Of a stretch of DNA of 64,000 bases, positions 30,617 to 41,231 are shown in pieces. The notes beneath the pieces were generated by a model. The model ran no database searches, was not told the origin of the DNA, and saw nothing but the letters and a program-made list of their open reading frames with translations. How positions within the stretch are numbered: the first letter of the stretch is position 1; every line of letters begins with the position of its first letter. A program made the translations under genes and the position numbers. The stretch is from an uncultured Gammaproteobacteria bacterium (GTDB lineage Bacteria; Pseudomonadota; Gammaproteobacteria; GCA-002705445; GCA-002716945), in the NCBI GenBank assembly GCA_902521725.1, contig CABYTF010000003.1:81709-145708 (forward strand), given 5' to 3'.

Positions 30617-31302
30617 TCGTTATGCAACGTAATGACCTTCTTTATAAATGGTATAGTTATTTTTCTTCGCATCGAAAGCGAAACTTTATCAAGATTCTTA
30701 ATTAGTGCGCATAAAAAATACAAGTCCCTACTGCAGTTATTCATTATGTATTGTAGAACTTTTTCATGTATCTCAAGACCTCTCTGAGAGCAATAAAATG
30801 TCATCATGTTTATTTTATCTGAATCGCTGAGATCACTTATAGTAAATATCTTATCTGAGAGTAGTCGAGAAGATAAATCTTTTAGTTGGATTCCACAATC
30901 ATTTACATCCGTTGATGATGATATTACTACGGGTTTTTTATAAAGAATTTGATTATTTATCAAGTTAAAAAGACTCTCCTCATCTTGTTTCGATGAGATT
31001 AACTTATCCAAATCGTCTATAACTAGTAACTCATAAAAATCAAGTGATACAAGGTCCGATAATTTAGATTTACTATCTATCAACGTAACGCTATCAAGGT
31101 ATGTATTGCATAAGGCCTCACAGATATGAGTTTTACCTGATGATTTATTGCCGTATATGAGAATTAGTTGATCAGTATCTATGATATTTTGTAAGGAGCT
31201 ATATAGTTTTTTATTATCACCGATAATAAAATTATCGAAAGTCTTCACAGTAAAAAATCCAAAATCTATTGGTATCTGATTATAATGAAGCTCTTGAGTC
31301 AT
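30613..31302 (-). CDS. hda: DnaA regulatory inactivator Hda
   Basis: TFDNFI.G.N, GKTH, DDLD, LKDLSSRL, RKITIPFIK; divergent from purM. Confidence 0.85.
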   Translation of the reverse strand: MTQELHYNQIPIDFGFFTVKTFDNFIIGDNKKLYSSLQNIIDTDQLILIYGNKSSGKTHICEALCNTYLDSVTLIDSKSKLSDLVSLDFYELLVIDDLDKLISSKQDEESLFNLINNQILYKKPVVISSSTDVNDCGIQLKDLSSRLLSDKIFTISDLSDSDKINMMTFYCSQRGLEIHEKVLQYIMNNCSRDLYFLCALIKNLDKVSLSMRRKITIPFIKKVITLHND

Positions 31303-31354
31303 ATAAGTATCTATAATAATTCCTTTGGGATATAATTATACCCTATCTACAGTA

Positions 31355-32395
31355 ATGAATAATAAGCAAAAAACGAAAATTAATTACCAAAAATCAGGCG
31401 TTAGTATTGATAGAGCAGATAAGCTAATTTCTTCACTCAAATCTAAAAATATAAATAAAGATAAGAATGTCCTGTCAAATATTGGAGGGTTCTCTAGCCT
31501 CTATAAAATAGACACAAAGATTAAAGATCCAGTTATTGTCTCGGGTACAGATGGTGTAGGGACGAAATTAAAAATCGCTAATAAGCTTAAATGCCACAAA
31601 CATATCGGCCAAGATCTGGTTGCTATGTGTGTGAATGATATAATAACTAGTGGAGCAAAGCCTTTGTTCTTCTTGGATTATCTAGCGACGAGTAAAATAA
31701 AGCAGAACATACATTCTGATGTGCTCAAAAGTATAAAAAATGCATGCCATAAATGTGGAATGAGTTTGATAGGAGGTGAAACTGCGGAAATGCCAGGCAT
31801 GTATCATAGAGATGATTATGACATAGCAGGATTTTGTGTCGGAATAGTATCTCAAAAAAAAATTATATCTCCAAAAAAAGTCAAATCTGGAAATATCATC
31901 ATTGGTCTTCCATCGAGTGGTTTTCATTCAAATGGATTCTCTTTAATCAATAAATTAATTGAATCAAAAAGATTAAATCTAAACAAAGTTTTTCACAAAT
32001 CAAGCCTAGGCAATATTCTTATAAAGCCAACAAGACTTTACTGGAAAATAATTAATTCTCTCCAGAAAGAAATCCAAATAAATGGATTAGCTCACATAAC
32101 TGGTGGAGGTATTACAGATAATGTTCCGCGCATACTTCCTGATAACTTATCGGCAAGTATTGACCTACGTACTCTAAAAATACCTAATATATTTAGATAT
32201 ATTCAAGATTTGTCAAAAATAAATGATCTTGAAATGCTCCAAACTTTCAATTGTGGCATTGGTATGGCAGTTATCGTAGATGAAAGGAATATTTCAAAAG
32301 TAGATAAGATTTTCAAAAAAAATAGACAACCATACAAAATTATTGGTCAAATAATCTCCAAACCTTTCAAAGAAAAAATAATATATGTCGATTAA
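31355..32395 (+). CDS. purM: Phosphoribosylformylglycinamidine cyclo-ligase
   Basis: GTDGVGTK, GGETAEMPG, HSNGFS, AHITGGG. ATG 31355 preferred. Confidence 0.97.
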   Translation: MNNKQKTKINYQKSGVSIDRADKLISSLKSKNINKDKNVLSNIGGFSSLYKIDTKIKDPVIVSGTDGVGTKLKIANKLKCHKHIGQDLVAMCVNDIITSGAKPLFFLDYLATSKIKQNIHSDVLKSIKNACHKCGMSLIGGETAEMPGMYHRDDYDIAGFCVGIVSQKKIISPKKVKSGNIIIGLPSSGFHSNGFSLINKLIESKRLNLNKVFHKSSLGNILIKPTRLYWKIINSLQKEIQINGLAHITGGGITDNVPRILPDNLSASIDLRTLKIPNIFRYIQDLSKINDLEMLQTFNCGIGMAVIVDERNISKVDKIFKKNRQPYKIIGQIISKPFKEKIIYVD

Positions 32396-33014
32396 AAAAA
32401 GCGTAGTTTTGTTTTCAGGTAATGGCTCTAATTTAAAAAATCTTTTGGAAAATAGTTCAAATATAAAAGATAAATTAATCTATGAAGGCGCCTTCACGAA
32501 TAATCCAAAAGCAGGAGGCATAGAGATTTGTCAAAATTTCAATCTAGATGTATGTGTATGTAGTGATGAAGATATTAACTCAGAATTATCTAAGTTTTTA
32601 AATCAACATGATCCGGATCTAATTGTGCTTGCAGGTTATATGAAAATAATACCTCCTGAAATTGTAAATCGATATTCTGGTAAAATAGTTAATATACATC
32701 CATCCCTTTTACCTAAGTATCCTGGGCTCAATACCTATGCAAAAGTTTTAGCTCATCATGATGTATATAATGGTGCGACGGTTCATTTTGTTACATGTGA
32801 TCTTGATCAAGGTCCAATAATAATCCAAGGTAAATATACTGTTCCAAATGGGTCAGACGAATCATCGCTACAGACTTTAACTCACAACGCTGAGCACATG
32901 ATATATCCTATTGCAGTAAAGTGGTTTGCAGACAACGTGATCAAAATGAAAGGGGGGAAACTATACTTCAACAATAGAATGATTGAATCTCCTATAGTTT
33001 TATTAATTGAGTAG
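32385..33014 (+). CDS. purN: Phosphoribosylglycinamide formyltransferase
   Basis: SGNGSN, LAGYM, NIHPSLLP, GATVHFV..LDQGP. Confidence 0.96.
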   Translation: MSIKKSVVLFSGNGSNLKNLLENSSNIKDKLIYEGAFTNNPKAGGIEICQNFNLDVCVCSDEDINSELSKFLNQHDPDLIVLAGYMKIIPPEIVNRYSGKIVNIHPSLLPKYPGLNTYAKVLAHHDVYNGATVHFVTCDLDQGPIIIQGKYTVPNGSDESSLQTLTHNAEHMIYPIAVKWFADNVIKMKGGKLYFNNRMIESPIVLLIE

Positions 33015-33018
33015 TCAG

Positions 33019-33729
33019 ATGTATATCATTGTTAAATATATAATCATTTTTTTATGTATGTCACCAATACTTTCATATTCTGAGCCCGATCAATATAAAG
33101 CAGTCTATAGTTTTTCGCTAAAGGGAATTGAATTTGCTAACTCAGAGCACAACCTCACTTATGATAAGAATAGAGATGAATGGTGTATAAACACTATAAG
33201 CTATACAGTAAACATTTTTAGTCTCAAAGAAGATACGAGAACAGAAAATAGTTGTTTTACTTTTCATAAAACTAACAACACAGATTTAAACATACCATTG
33301 TTGAATGGTTACTTAGGATTTAAAAGCTATCACTTTGAGAGGATAAGATCAGGAGAAATAACTAGTGTTGTCAGTAAAGTGATTGACAGTGAAGTAGTAT
33401 CTACCCTTAATGAAAAGGAGGTTAGATATGATGATAATTCGAAACTTGATAGACTTACTGCTCAACTATTTGGTTATGCTCTTGGTGAGATAAATATAAA
33501 TGATAAAGGTCGTGAAAGAAAATATACTTTTAGACACATTCGTGATGATAAGATTAAAACAATTTTTGGAGACACTAACGTTAAAATTATTAAAAAAGAT
33601 ATTGTTAATAATAAAAGAAGCTCATTGATATGGTACTCCATAGACAATAACTACCTGCCAGTAATGATTGAACAATATAGACTAGATAAACTAATGTTTA
33701 GAGCAAAACTAAAAAGCTTCGAAGATTAA
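33019..33729 (+). CDS. DUF3108-like exported protein
   Basis: Signal peptide, C-terminal W......YLPV.IEQ; usual position after purN. Confidence 0.6.
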   Translation: MYIIVKYIIIFLCMSPILSYSEPDQYKAVYSFSLKGIEFANSEHNLTYDKNRDEWCINTISYTVNIFSLKEDTRTENSCFTFHKTNNTDLNIPLLNGYLGFKSYHFERIRSGEITSVVSKVIDSEVVSTLNEKEVRYDDNSKLDRLTAQLFGYALGEININDKGRERKYTFRHIRDDKIKTIFGDTNVKIIKKDIVNNKRSSLIWYSIDNNYLPVMIEQYRLDKLMFRAKLKSFED

Positions 33730-34926
33730 TTATTTCTGCCTTGTTTTTAATCTTAAAGAGTTAATCTTTATAAAGCCCTCAGCATCTCTTTGGTCATATG
33801 CTCCAGAGTCGTTTTCGAAAGTAGATAAGTCCTCGGAATACAACGAATTTGGCGATTTTCTACCTTCAACAATAACATTGCCTTTGAACAGTTTCAGTCT
33901 TACATTCCCTGATACCTTTGCTTGTGATTGGTCTATTAAATTTTGTATTGACTCTCTCTCGGGACTAAACCAGTAGCCATTATAAATCAGTCTAGAATAT
34001 CTATTTGTTAAATCCTCTTTTAAATGAAGCAGCTCTCTATCAAGAGTGATTGATTCCATTGCTTTGTGTGCTTTATAGTAGATTGTTCCACCAGGTGTTT
34101 CATAACAACCTCTTGATTTAATTCCGACATATCTGTTCTCTACTATATCATCCCTACCAATGCCATGATTGCCTGCCATGATATTCAAATGATGAAGTAC
34201 ATTCGAAGGACTCATTTTCTTGCCATTGATGGCAGAAATATCACCCTTGGTGAAGGTAAGATCTAAACGCTGTGGTTTTGATTTGCTATTTTCAAGCGAT
34301 TTAGTTCTTAGCCACATAGATTCTTCTGGTTTCCTCCATGGATCTTCAAGTATCCCTCCCTCATATGATGTATGTAAAATGTTTGCATCCATTGAGTAAG
34401 GGCTTTTTTTTCCATGATCAAAGTCAACTGCGATTTGATGTTTTCTAGCATATCTCATCAAATCAGACCGAGAAACGAAGTCCCATTCTCTCCATGGCGC
34501 TATTACTTTTATTTTTGGATTTAATGCATAGGCGGCTAGTTCAAACCTAACTTGATCATTGCCCTTACCTGTTGCACCATGACATATGTAATCAGCTTTT
34601 TCTTTTTTTGCTATTTCTATAAGCCGTTTGCTGATTAATGGTCTTGCAATTGACGTTCCTAAAAAATATTCTCCTTCATAAATCGCATTTGCTCTAAACA
34701 TTGGGTACACGTAATTTTTAACAAAATCTTCACGCAAATCCTCAATATAAATTTTTTTGATACCTAATTTTTTTGCTTTAACCCTAGCATCTCTTGTTTC
34801 CTCTCCCTGCCCAATGTCTGCGGTAAAGGTGACTACTTCAAGGTCATACTCTTCCATAAGCCATTTCGCAATGACGGAAGTATCTAAGCCACCAGAGTAA
34901 GCTAGAACAACCTTCTTAGGCCTCAT
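33730..34926 (-). CDS. argG: Argininosuccinate synthase
   Basis: [32 protein letters not shown]. Confidence 0.97.
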   Translation of the reverse strand: MRPKKVVLAYSGGLDTSVIAKWLMEEYDLEVVTFTADIGQGEETRDARVKAKKLGIKKIYIEDLREDFVKNYVYPMFRANAIYEGEYFLGTSIARPLISKRLIEIAKKEKADYICHGATGKGNDQVRFELAAYALNPKIKVIAPWREWDFVSRSDLMRYARKHQIAVDFDHGKKSPYSMDANILHTSYEGGILEDPWRKPEESMWLRTKSLENSKSKPQRLDLTFTKGDISAINGKKMSPSNVLHHLNIMAGNHGIGRDDIVENRYVGIKSRGCYETPGGTIYYKAHKAMESITLDRELLHLKEDLTNRYSRLIYNGYWFSPERESIQNLIDQSQAKVSGNVRLKLFKGNVIVEGRKSPNSLYSEDLSTFENDSGAYDQRDAEGFIKINSLRLKTRQK

Positions 34927-35374
34927 TCATATCCTCTGATATTTCTGCTTGAGGTTCAACCCACCTAAAACCTTTATCAGTAGATTCCTTTTTCCAAAAA
35001 GGAGCTTCACTTTTTAGTGCTTCCATGATTTCTCTAGTAGCATCGAATGCATCTTCTCTGTGTTCAGACCATGTTGCAACTAAAACAATTGGATCTGATG
35101 GACTAACAAGACCGACTCTATGTAAAATTATAGTATCAATAATTTTATATTTTTTAATGGCGTTCTCCGAAATCTTCTCAAGGTAGGACTCAGTCATCTC
35201 AGGGTAGTGCTGTAATTCCATAGACTTTATCTCATCACCAGAATTAATATCTCTCATAGTCCCTAAAAAAACACTGCACGCGCCTATATTTTTTCTATCT
35301 TTCAGCTGAGACTTTTTATAGTCAACAAGCTTCTGCCACGGATCAAACTCTTCATTTATAATTTCAATATACAT
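34916..35374 (-). CDS. moaE: Molybdopterin synthase catalytic subunit
   Basis: GA...[24 protein letters not shown]. Confidence 0.93.
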   Translation of the reverse strand: MYIEIINEEFDPWQKLVDYKKSQLKDRKNIGACSVFLGTMRDINSGDEIKSMELQHYPEMTESYLEKISENAIKKYKIIDTIILHRVGLVSPSDPIVLVATWSEHREDAFDATREIMEALKSEAPFWKKESTDKGFRWVEPQAEISEDMNEA

Positions 35375-35376
35375 AT

Positions 35377-35610
35377 TTAGCCACCTGTCACTGGGGGAAA
35401 GAAAGCAACTTCATCCTCATCTCTAAGTAAATAGTTTTCATCTACATACTCATGATTCACTGCCGTCATAACCTTACCAGCATATTTTATATTTTTTGAA
35501 ACATCTGTCCAAACTTCCCCAACAGTCATTTCATGCTGGAGTACTATTTTTTCAGAAGTCTTTCCTACTGCATCACTGATACTTGCAAAGTATTTTACTA
35601 CAATTATCAT
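35377..35610 (-). CDS. moaD: Molybdopterin synthase sulfur carrier
   Basis: KYFA, AVN.EY, DEVAFFPPVTGG terminus. ATG 35610 preferred. Confidence 0.93.
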   Translation of the reverse strand: MIIVVKYFASISDAVGKTSEKIVLQHEMTVGEVWTDVSKNIKYAGKVMTAVNHEYVDENYLLRDEDEVAFFPPVTGG

Positions 35611-35667
35611 TATTATGAATGAATGATACATATATGTTTGAGTAAGTTCAAATATAATGTATGAGGG

Positions 35668-35925
35668 TTACGCTCGAGTCCTTACTTTATTACTGAAAAC
35701 GACTCCTAATAAGATCGATAGATAACATACAATCAAATAGATCCAGTTGCCATCATTCAATGCTGGATAGATCGGGATTAGCGGAAAAAACATTGCCGTT
35801 CCTATAAAGCCTACAAGGATGTGGAACACACCATAATCTGGAAACATTTGAGCTAATATCTCAAAACCAGCGGCCAAAGCTGAGAGTATCGCAATTGAAT
35901 AGAAAATATATGACAAAACTCTCAC
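35668..35925 (-). CDS. Small membrane protein of unknown function inside the Moco cluster
   Basis: Three hydrophobic segments; GTG start right after the moaA stop. Confidence 0.6.
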   Translation of the reverse strand: MRVLSYIFYSIAILSALAAGFEILAQMFPDYGVFHILVGFIGTAMFFPLIPIYPALNDGNWIYLIVCYLSILLGVVFSNKVRTRA

Positions 35926-35926
35926 A

Positions 35927-36949
35927 TTATCCTCCGATGTAAGACATTTCGACCTTAGGTAGATCTCTTTTTGATGAAAATCTTATCTGAGAGTACTGAT
36001 CTGAGCGTTCCATCCAGATTTTTTTGAAGAACTCTAAAAGTTTTTCCTCATAATCACCAGATCTTATTACGCTTTTGATATCAAATCCATTGCTTGCGAA
36101 TAAGCAGGTGAATAGTTTACCATCAACAGAAAGTCTTGCTCTGTTACAGCTTGAGCAAAAGGGTTGGGTAATGGAAGATATTAATCCAATTGAAGAATTA
36201 CTACCTTTAATATGCCATTTTTTTGCGGTTGAGGAAGTCTCCGTTTTCATTTGCTTAAGACTATAATGCTGATTTATACTCTCAAGTAGACTCTCAGATG
36301 AGACAACTTTGCTTGGGTCCCATTTATTTGACTCACCAACATCCATATACTCTATGAATCTGATCTCAGATTTAAAATTTTTCATATGATTGATAATATC
36401 TATTACCTCATCATCATTGACACCCTTTATAACAACAGTATTTGTTTTTATAATATTAAAGTGCTTTTCGATACTCTCTAAAATAGGCATTAAGCTGAAA
36501 TTTTTTTTTGTACCATTAATAACAGAAATTTTATCTTTATCCAATGTATCTAAGCTTAAGGTAATTGAGTCCAGACCTGATTTTTTGAGTTCACTTACTT
36601 TATCATCTGATAACAAAGAGCCATTTGTTGTCATGCTAACATGATCAAGCATGACGTCTGTTTTGAGCTTAAAGATAAGTTTATCAATATTTTTTCTCAA
36701 AAGAGGTTCACCTCCTGTGATACGAACTTTCATCAAACCTATTTTTTTTAGGAGTTTGCAGATATCAATTATCTCCTCATATGACAAAATATTGTCCTGA
36801 GATATATAACTATAGTCTTTATTAAATATATCGGAGGGCATACAATAGCTGCACCTAAAATTACATCGATCAGTTACAGATATTCTTAAATATTCGAAAT
36901 TTCTTGATAGTTTGTCTGTTACAGTGTTAGTCACAAAATTTGCACTCAT
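35927..36949 (-). CDS. moaA: GTP 3',8-cyclase
   Basis: LRISVTDRCNFRCSYCM, FCSSCNRAR, MSYIGG terminus. Confidence 0.96.
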   Translation of the reverse strand: MSANFVTNTVTDKLSRNFEYLRISVTDRCNFRCSYCMPSDIFNKDYSYISQDNILSYEEIIDICKLLKKIGLMKVRITGGEPLLRKNIDKLIFKLKTDVMLDHVSMTTNGSLLSDDKVSELKKSGLDSITLSLDTLDKDKISVINGTKKNFSLMPILESIEKHFNIIKTNTVVIKGVNDDEVIDIINHMKNFKSEIRFIEYMDVGESNKWDPSKVVSSESLLESINQHYSLKQMKTETSSTAKKWHIKGSNSSIGLISSITQPFCSSCNRARLSVDGKLFTCLFASNGFDIKSVIRSGDYEEKLLEFFKKIWMERSDQYSQIRFSSKRDLPKVEMSYIGG

Positions 36950-37694
36950 GATCTTTGTTTATGGTTATAGTCTTAAACTCATAATTTTTCATATCGATCA
37001 ACATTAGTTTACTGCCGAAGTTATCACCTATGTCACAAATTAACTTGATGCATTCTGTTGCTAGCATAGTACCTACAAGCCCAGTGACACTTCCAAGTAT
37101 TCCTGAATCGAGACATGATGGAGAAGTGTCTGGCAAATCGTTATATAGGCATCTGTAACATGGCATGTCATCAAGGTCATTTCTAAAAGTAGCAATCTGA
37201 CCCTGCATTTTTATTGCCGCTCCACTTATTAGCGGTATCTTATTCGCTATTGAGATATTATTAATTTCACTCCTGGTTTGAAAGTTATCTGTACAGTCTA
37301 TAATGTAGTCATAATCTTTGAGCAGATCTTTATCAAATTTATTATCAATTTTTCTTGGAATTGACTTAATATCTATCTCTGAATTCAATGATTGAAGATT
37401 TTTTTTTGCTGCCTCAGCTTTTTTTTCAGATATATCATCTTCAGAGAATAAGACTTGACGATTTAAATTAGATAAAGACACATGATCAAAATCAATTAAA
37501 CACAAATGGCCTACTCCTGATGATGCTAGATATGTAGCTGCGGGGCATCCAATTCCTCCCAAACCAATTACTGCTACTTTTGATTTAAGAAGAGATAATT
37601 GACCGTCTATGTCTATCTCTGGTAAAACAATATTTCTGTTATATCTCAGAAGATCTTTGTCTTGAAGTTCAGCCTTTGTTTTTTTGGCTTGCAT
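36927..37694 (-). CDS. moeB: Molybdopterin-synthase adenylyltransferase (MoeB/ThiF family)
   Basis: RYNRNI, GLGGIG, SNLNRQ, PCYRCLY, C-terminal CKFC. Likely start ATG 37694. Confidence 0.85.
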   Translation of the reverse strand: MQAKKTKAELQDKDLLRYNRNIVLPEIDIDGQLSLLKSKVAVIGLGGIGCPAATYLASSGVGHLCLIDFDHVSLSNLNRQVLFSEDDISEKKAEAAKKNLQSLNSEIDIKSIPRKIDNKFDKDLLKDYDYIIDCTDNFQTRSEINNISIANKIPLISGAAIKMQGQIATFRNDLDDMPCYRCLYNDLPDTSPSCLDSGILGSVTGLVGTMLATECIKLICDIGDNFGSKLMLIDMKNYEFKTITINKDHECKFCD

Positions 37695-37962
37695 TGAATT
37701 TTTCCAGCTGTTCTTTAGTAGCTTCTTTTTGATGTTTATTTTTGTACTCATCATATGGCATACCATAAACTAACTCTCTAGCTTGATCGTATGATATTTC
37801 CTCTCCATGAGTTGTTGATTCTGAGACATACCATTTAGAGATACAGTTTCTACAAAAATTAGCTAAGTTCATCAGATCAATATTCTGCACTTCGGGGTTA
37901 TCTTGTAAGTGCCTTACTATCCGTCTAAATGTAGCTGCTTCAATTTCTGTTTTTTTATCCAT
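37669..37962 (-). CDS. DUF1244 family protein
   Basis: EAATFRR..HL, VQNIDLMNLANFCRNC.SKWY, YGMPY. Confidence 0.85.
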   Translation of the reverse strand: MDKKTEIEAATFRRIVRHLQDNPEVQNIDLMNLANFCRNCISKWYVSESTTHGEEISYDQARELVYGMPYDEYKNKHQKEATKEQLEKFNASQKNKG

Positions 37963-38001
37963 GGTTTAATGATACTACAGATCAATCTCTGGTGAAATAA
38001 A

Positions 38002-38883
38002 TTAAGGAATAGAATTAGCTAGCTTAATACCAAATAGAATTACTAGAAGGCCAAGAATATAATTCCAGCTGAATTGATCATTAAGAATAATGATACCAAA
38101 CAGGATAGCCCATAGTGGTATTAAAAAATTCATCATTGAAATAAATGATGCTCCCTCACTCTGCAATATTTGAAAATAAATTACTGTCGCGATAGCTGTA
38201 CACAAAACCCCAAGAAGTAAAATATTCATATCTAGTAGAAGGTTAGAATAACTTGGTTTCGATTGGTCTATGAATATTAAATAGATTGTCATGAAGAAAG
38301 TCGCAAATAAAATCGTACCTGTTGATGCACTAAGCGGATCAGTAATTTTATATTTCTTGCCATAGATTGCTGCAAATGCATAAAGTGTTGCTCCCAATAT
38401 TACTAATAATTGGGATTCAAATGTTTCGCTTATAGAGTTATCAATAAATAAATCATCCCGATATATAAGAATAAATACGCCTAGGAAAGATATTATAAAG
38501 CCTATAAATTTCTGTTTGTTCATTTTTTCATCGTCTAAAAACAGATGAGAAAGTAAGATAGTGGAGATTGGCATTGTAGCCATCAATATGCCGGCCATCG
38601 CACTATCAATATTCTTCTGACCAGTGATAATTGCAATAAATGGAATAACAATACCCACCAAGCTCATGAATAAGTAATAATTTACTTGAGCAAGATTTAT
38701 TGAAAATCTTTTATATAAAAAATATATCAATGCGACTAAAAACACCGATCCTGAAATAAGCCTTCCTGCAACGATCACCTCTGGCGTGAATGAGTCTAGA
38801 GCCATCTTATTAAGGGTGAATGCCCCGCCCCATATAGCAGATAGTAAAATTAGTAGGAACCAGTTAGATTTGACTAAATTCAT
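38002..38883 (-). CDS. DMT/EamA family transporter
   Basis: Two EamA repeats, about 10 TM segments. Confidence 0.88.
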   Translation of the reverse strand: MNLVKSNWFLLILLSAIWGGAFTLNKMALDSFTPEVIVAGRLISGSVFLVALIYFLYKRFSINLAQVNYYLFMSLVGIVIPFIAIITGQKNIDSAMAGILMATMPISTILLSHLFLDDEKMNKQKFIGFIISFLGVFILIYRDDLFIDNSISETFESQLLVILGATLYAFAAIYGKKYKITDPLSASTGTILFATFFMTIYLIFIDQSKPSYSNLLLDMNILLLGVLCTAIATVIYFQILQSEGASFISMMNFLIPLWAILFGIIILNDQFSWNYILGLLVILFGIKLANSIP

Positions 38884-38903
38884 GTTAATATCATTGAAAG
38901 CAT

Positions 38904-39563
38904 ATGAAAATTTTATCTATAAATACTTCTGAACCGCAAAAGGTTATTTTTAATGGTAAAGAGCTTATCACAAGTATCTATAAAAAGCCTGTTTCAAAAA
39001 AGGTGCAAGTGACACCCCAAGGCATAGAAGGTGACAGGCAAGCTGATTTAAGTGTTCATGGTGGTTTTGATAAAGCAGTATATGGGTATTCTTACACTCA
39101 TTACAAACTATGGGGTGAACGTTTAGAAAAAGATTTCAAAGAATTTGGACTGGTTGGAGAAAACCTAACAATTGATGAGTTTGATGAAAACACTATAAAC
39201 ATCGGCGACAGATTCCAGATAAATGATTGTATTCTTCAAGTCAGTCAACCAAGGATTCCTTGTTATAAAATTGGGATTAAAATGAATAGCAGAGATTTTC
39301 CTAAAATGTTTTCTCAATCAGGTCTACTTGGAAGCTATTTCAGAGTTATCCAACAGGGTAGCATTGAAACCGGTGATCAAATAGAGAAGGTCCATTCAGA
39401 AGAAAATTCAATGAGCCTAAAAGAAATAGCCTCTGTCCTATTTGTAGATATAAAGAACATAGACCTAATGAAAAAAGCGCTCGATATTAAACCTTTAACT
39501 GAAGAGATCAAAGAAAAATTCAGAGAAAGGCTCATGAAACTTGGTGATTTTTCTTCGCTCTAA
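38904..39563 (+). CDS. MOSC-domain protein (YiiM-like)
   Basis: GDRQAD..HGG.DKAV, GENLT, QPRIPCYK, C-terminal 3-alpha domain. Confidence 0.88.
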   Translation: MKILSINTSEPQKVIFNGKELITSIYKKPVSKKVQVTPQGIEGDRQADLSVHGGFDKAVYGYSYTHYKLWGERLEKDFKEFGLVGENLTIDEFDENTINIGDRFQINDCILQVSQPRIPCYKIGIKMNSRDFPKMFSQSGLLGSYFRVIQQGSIETGDQIEKVHSEENSMSLKEIASVLFVDIKNIDLMKKALDIKPLTEEIKEKFRERLMKLGDFSSL

Positions 39564-39566
39564 AAT

Positions 39567-39788
39567 ATGATTAAACGTCAAAATCTTAAGGTTGTTGAAA
39601 ATACAGTAAATAAAGTCTCATGCGCAGGTGATGAAAAGTCTGGCAAACATCCATTAGTTTATTTAACTATAAAAGATGGAAGTGCAGAATGTTATTACTG
39701 TGGTAAAATGTTCGTTACTAAAGATACACATGAGAAATACCTCAATAAAGTGAGAAAAAAATTTAAGAAAGCCACTAAAAATGTTTAA
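39567..39788 (+). CDS. CHCC-type zinc-finger protein
   Basis: C.G......HPLVY.......CYYCG. Confidence 0.82.
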   Translation: MIKRQNLKVVENTVNKVSCAGDEKSGKHPLVYLTIKDGSAECYYCGKMFVTKDTHEKYLNKVRKKFKKATKNV

Positions 39789-40236
39789 AGAGAGAAAGAC
39801 AATAAAACAAGTTGAAGAGGGAAATGAGCTTGCTCCTAAATTTGACCAAAATGGTTTTATACCTGTCGTAACGACTGATGCTAAGTCAGGAATAGTTTTA
39901 ATGCATGCCTATATGAATGATGAGGCATTAAAGAAAACTATCGCGACTAAGGAAGCTCATTACTATAGTAGAAGCAGAAAATGTTTATGGCACAAAGGCG
40001 CGACTAGTGGATTAATACAAGATGTGAAAAATATATATATCGATGATGATCAAGACTGTGTTTGGTTGAATGTAATCGTTCGTGGCGAAGCCAGTTGTCA
40101 TGTGGGTTACAAATCATGTTTTTATAGAGAGATTGATATTGACTCAAAACAACTTGAACTCAAGTTTATTGAAGATGAAAAAATATTTGATCCTGATGAG
40201 GTTTATGGTGATGCACCAAACCCTACCATCCTATAG
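39781..40236 (+). CDS. hisI: Phosphoribosyl-AMP cyclohydrolase
   Basis: YYSRSR..LWHKGATSG, DDDQD, CHVGYKSCFY. Confidence 0.92.
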   Translation: MFKERKTIKQVEEGNELAPKFDQNGFIPVVTTDAKSGIVLMHAYMNDEALKKTIATKEAHYYSRSRKCLWHKGATSGLIQDVKNIYIDDDQDCVWLNVIVRGEASCHVGYKSCFYREIDIDSKQLELKFIEDEKIFDPDEVYGDAPNPTIL

Positions 40237-40458
40237 ATTCAAGTTTTTAACAAAAAAATTGGCAAATAAACCCAGCAAGTAAAGTGTTACTATTAAATAG
40301 ACAATTCCTAGTGACATTGACGAGAAAAAATATAATATTGACGGAATTGGACTGTATTGCGAAAAATATCCATGGGTAAAATGTATAAATATTAACAATG
40401 GTATGGATATTAGAGAACCATGTAATACGTTTTTAATAATGCTTTTAATAAAATCCAT
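40231..40458 (-). CDS. Small 2-TM hypothetical protein
   Basis: Fills the gap between hisI and the ribD-like gene; hydrophobic. Confidence 0.5.
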   Translation of the reverse strand: MDFIKSIIKNVLHGSLISIPLLIFIHFTHGYFSQYSPIPSILYFFSSMSLGIVYLIVTLYLLGLFANFFVKNLNL

Positions 40459-40469
40459 AGCTTTACCTA

Positions 40470-41231
40470 ATGTCTAAAATCAGTATATCAAAAAAAACTG
40501 CTTGGTCACTTATTTTAAAAATTAATACTAAAATTTCATGCAATAATAATTTAGTTAATATTAATGAAGATATAAGTGGTCATAAAATTAATATTATCTT
40601 CAACAAGAGCAATAATCATATAGAAAATTCCAATCTAAGAGATGATCATGAAGTAAATGACTTACTTAAAATTTTCCTCCCTATCGTTTGCTCCTCAAAA
40701 AAAACACAATTTATTGCACACATCGCACAGTCATTGGACGGTTTCATTGCGACTAATTCAGGAGAATCAAAATATATAAGTAGTAAAGAAAACTTAGACC
40801 ATATACATCGTTTACGTGCTATCTCAGATATCATAATTGTAGGCGCCAATACTTTTCGTGAAGATAAACCAAAACTGACAACACGGTTGGTTGAGGGCAA
40901 TAATCCTAAAATATATGTGTTTGATCCAAAAAAAATTCTTAAATCAAATCAAACATCAAACATAAAAGTAATAAGTGATAAAGATATAATGAGAAATAAA
41001 TTTAAGAAATACAAGACAATATATATTGAAGGTGGTGGAAGAACAATTTCATATTTTATGGAAAAAAATATACTTGATCGTATTCATGTCTGTCTATGTC
41101 CTATCATGCTCGGTGGAGGAAGGCCTTCTTTTATTGAAAACAAAAACATAAGTATAAACAATTTAAAATCTTATGATCCAAAGCATTATCAAATGGGAAA
41201 TGATGTTCTGTTCGATCTTAAGGTTAGATAG
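40470..41231 (+). CDS. RibD C-terminal (reductase)-domain protein
   Basis: AQSLDGFIAT.SGESKYIS, HRLRA..D.IIVGA.T..D.P.LT.R, IEGGG. Confidence 0.85.
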   Translation: MSKISISKKTAWSLILKINTKISCNNNLVNINEDISGHKINIIFNKSNNHIENSNLRDDHEVNDLLKIFLPIVCSSKKTQFIAHIAQSLDGFIATNSGESKYISSKENLDHIHRLRAISDIIIVGANTFREDKPKLTTRLVEGNNPKIYVFDPKKILKSNQTSNIKVISDKDIMRNKFKKYKTIYIEGGGRTISYFMEKNILDRIHVCLCPIMLGGGRPSFIENKNISINNLKSYDPKHYQMGNDVLFDLKVR

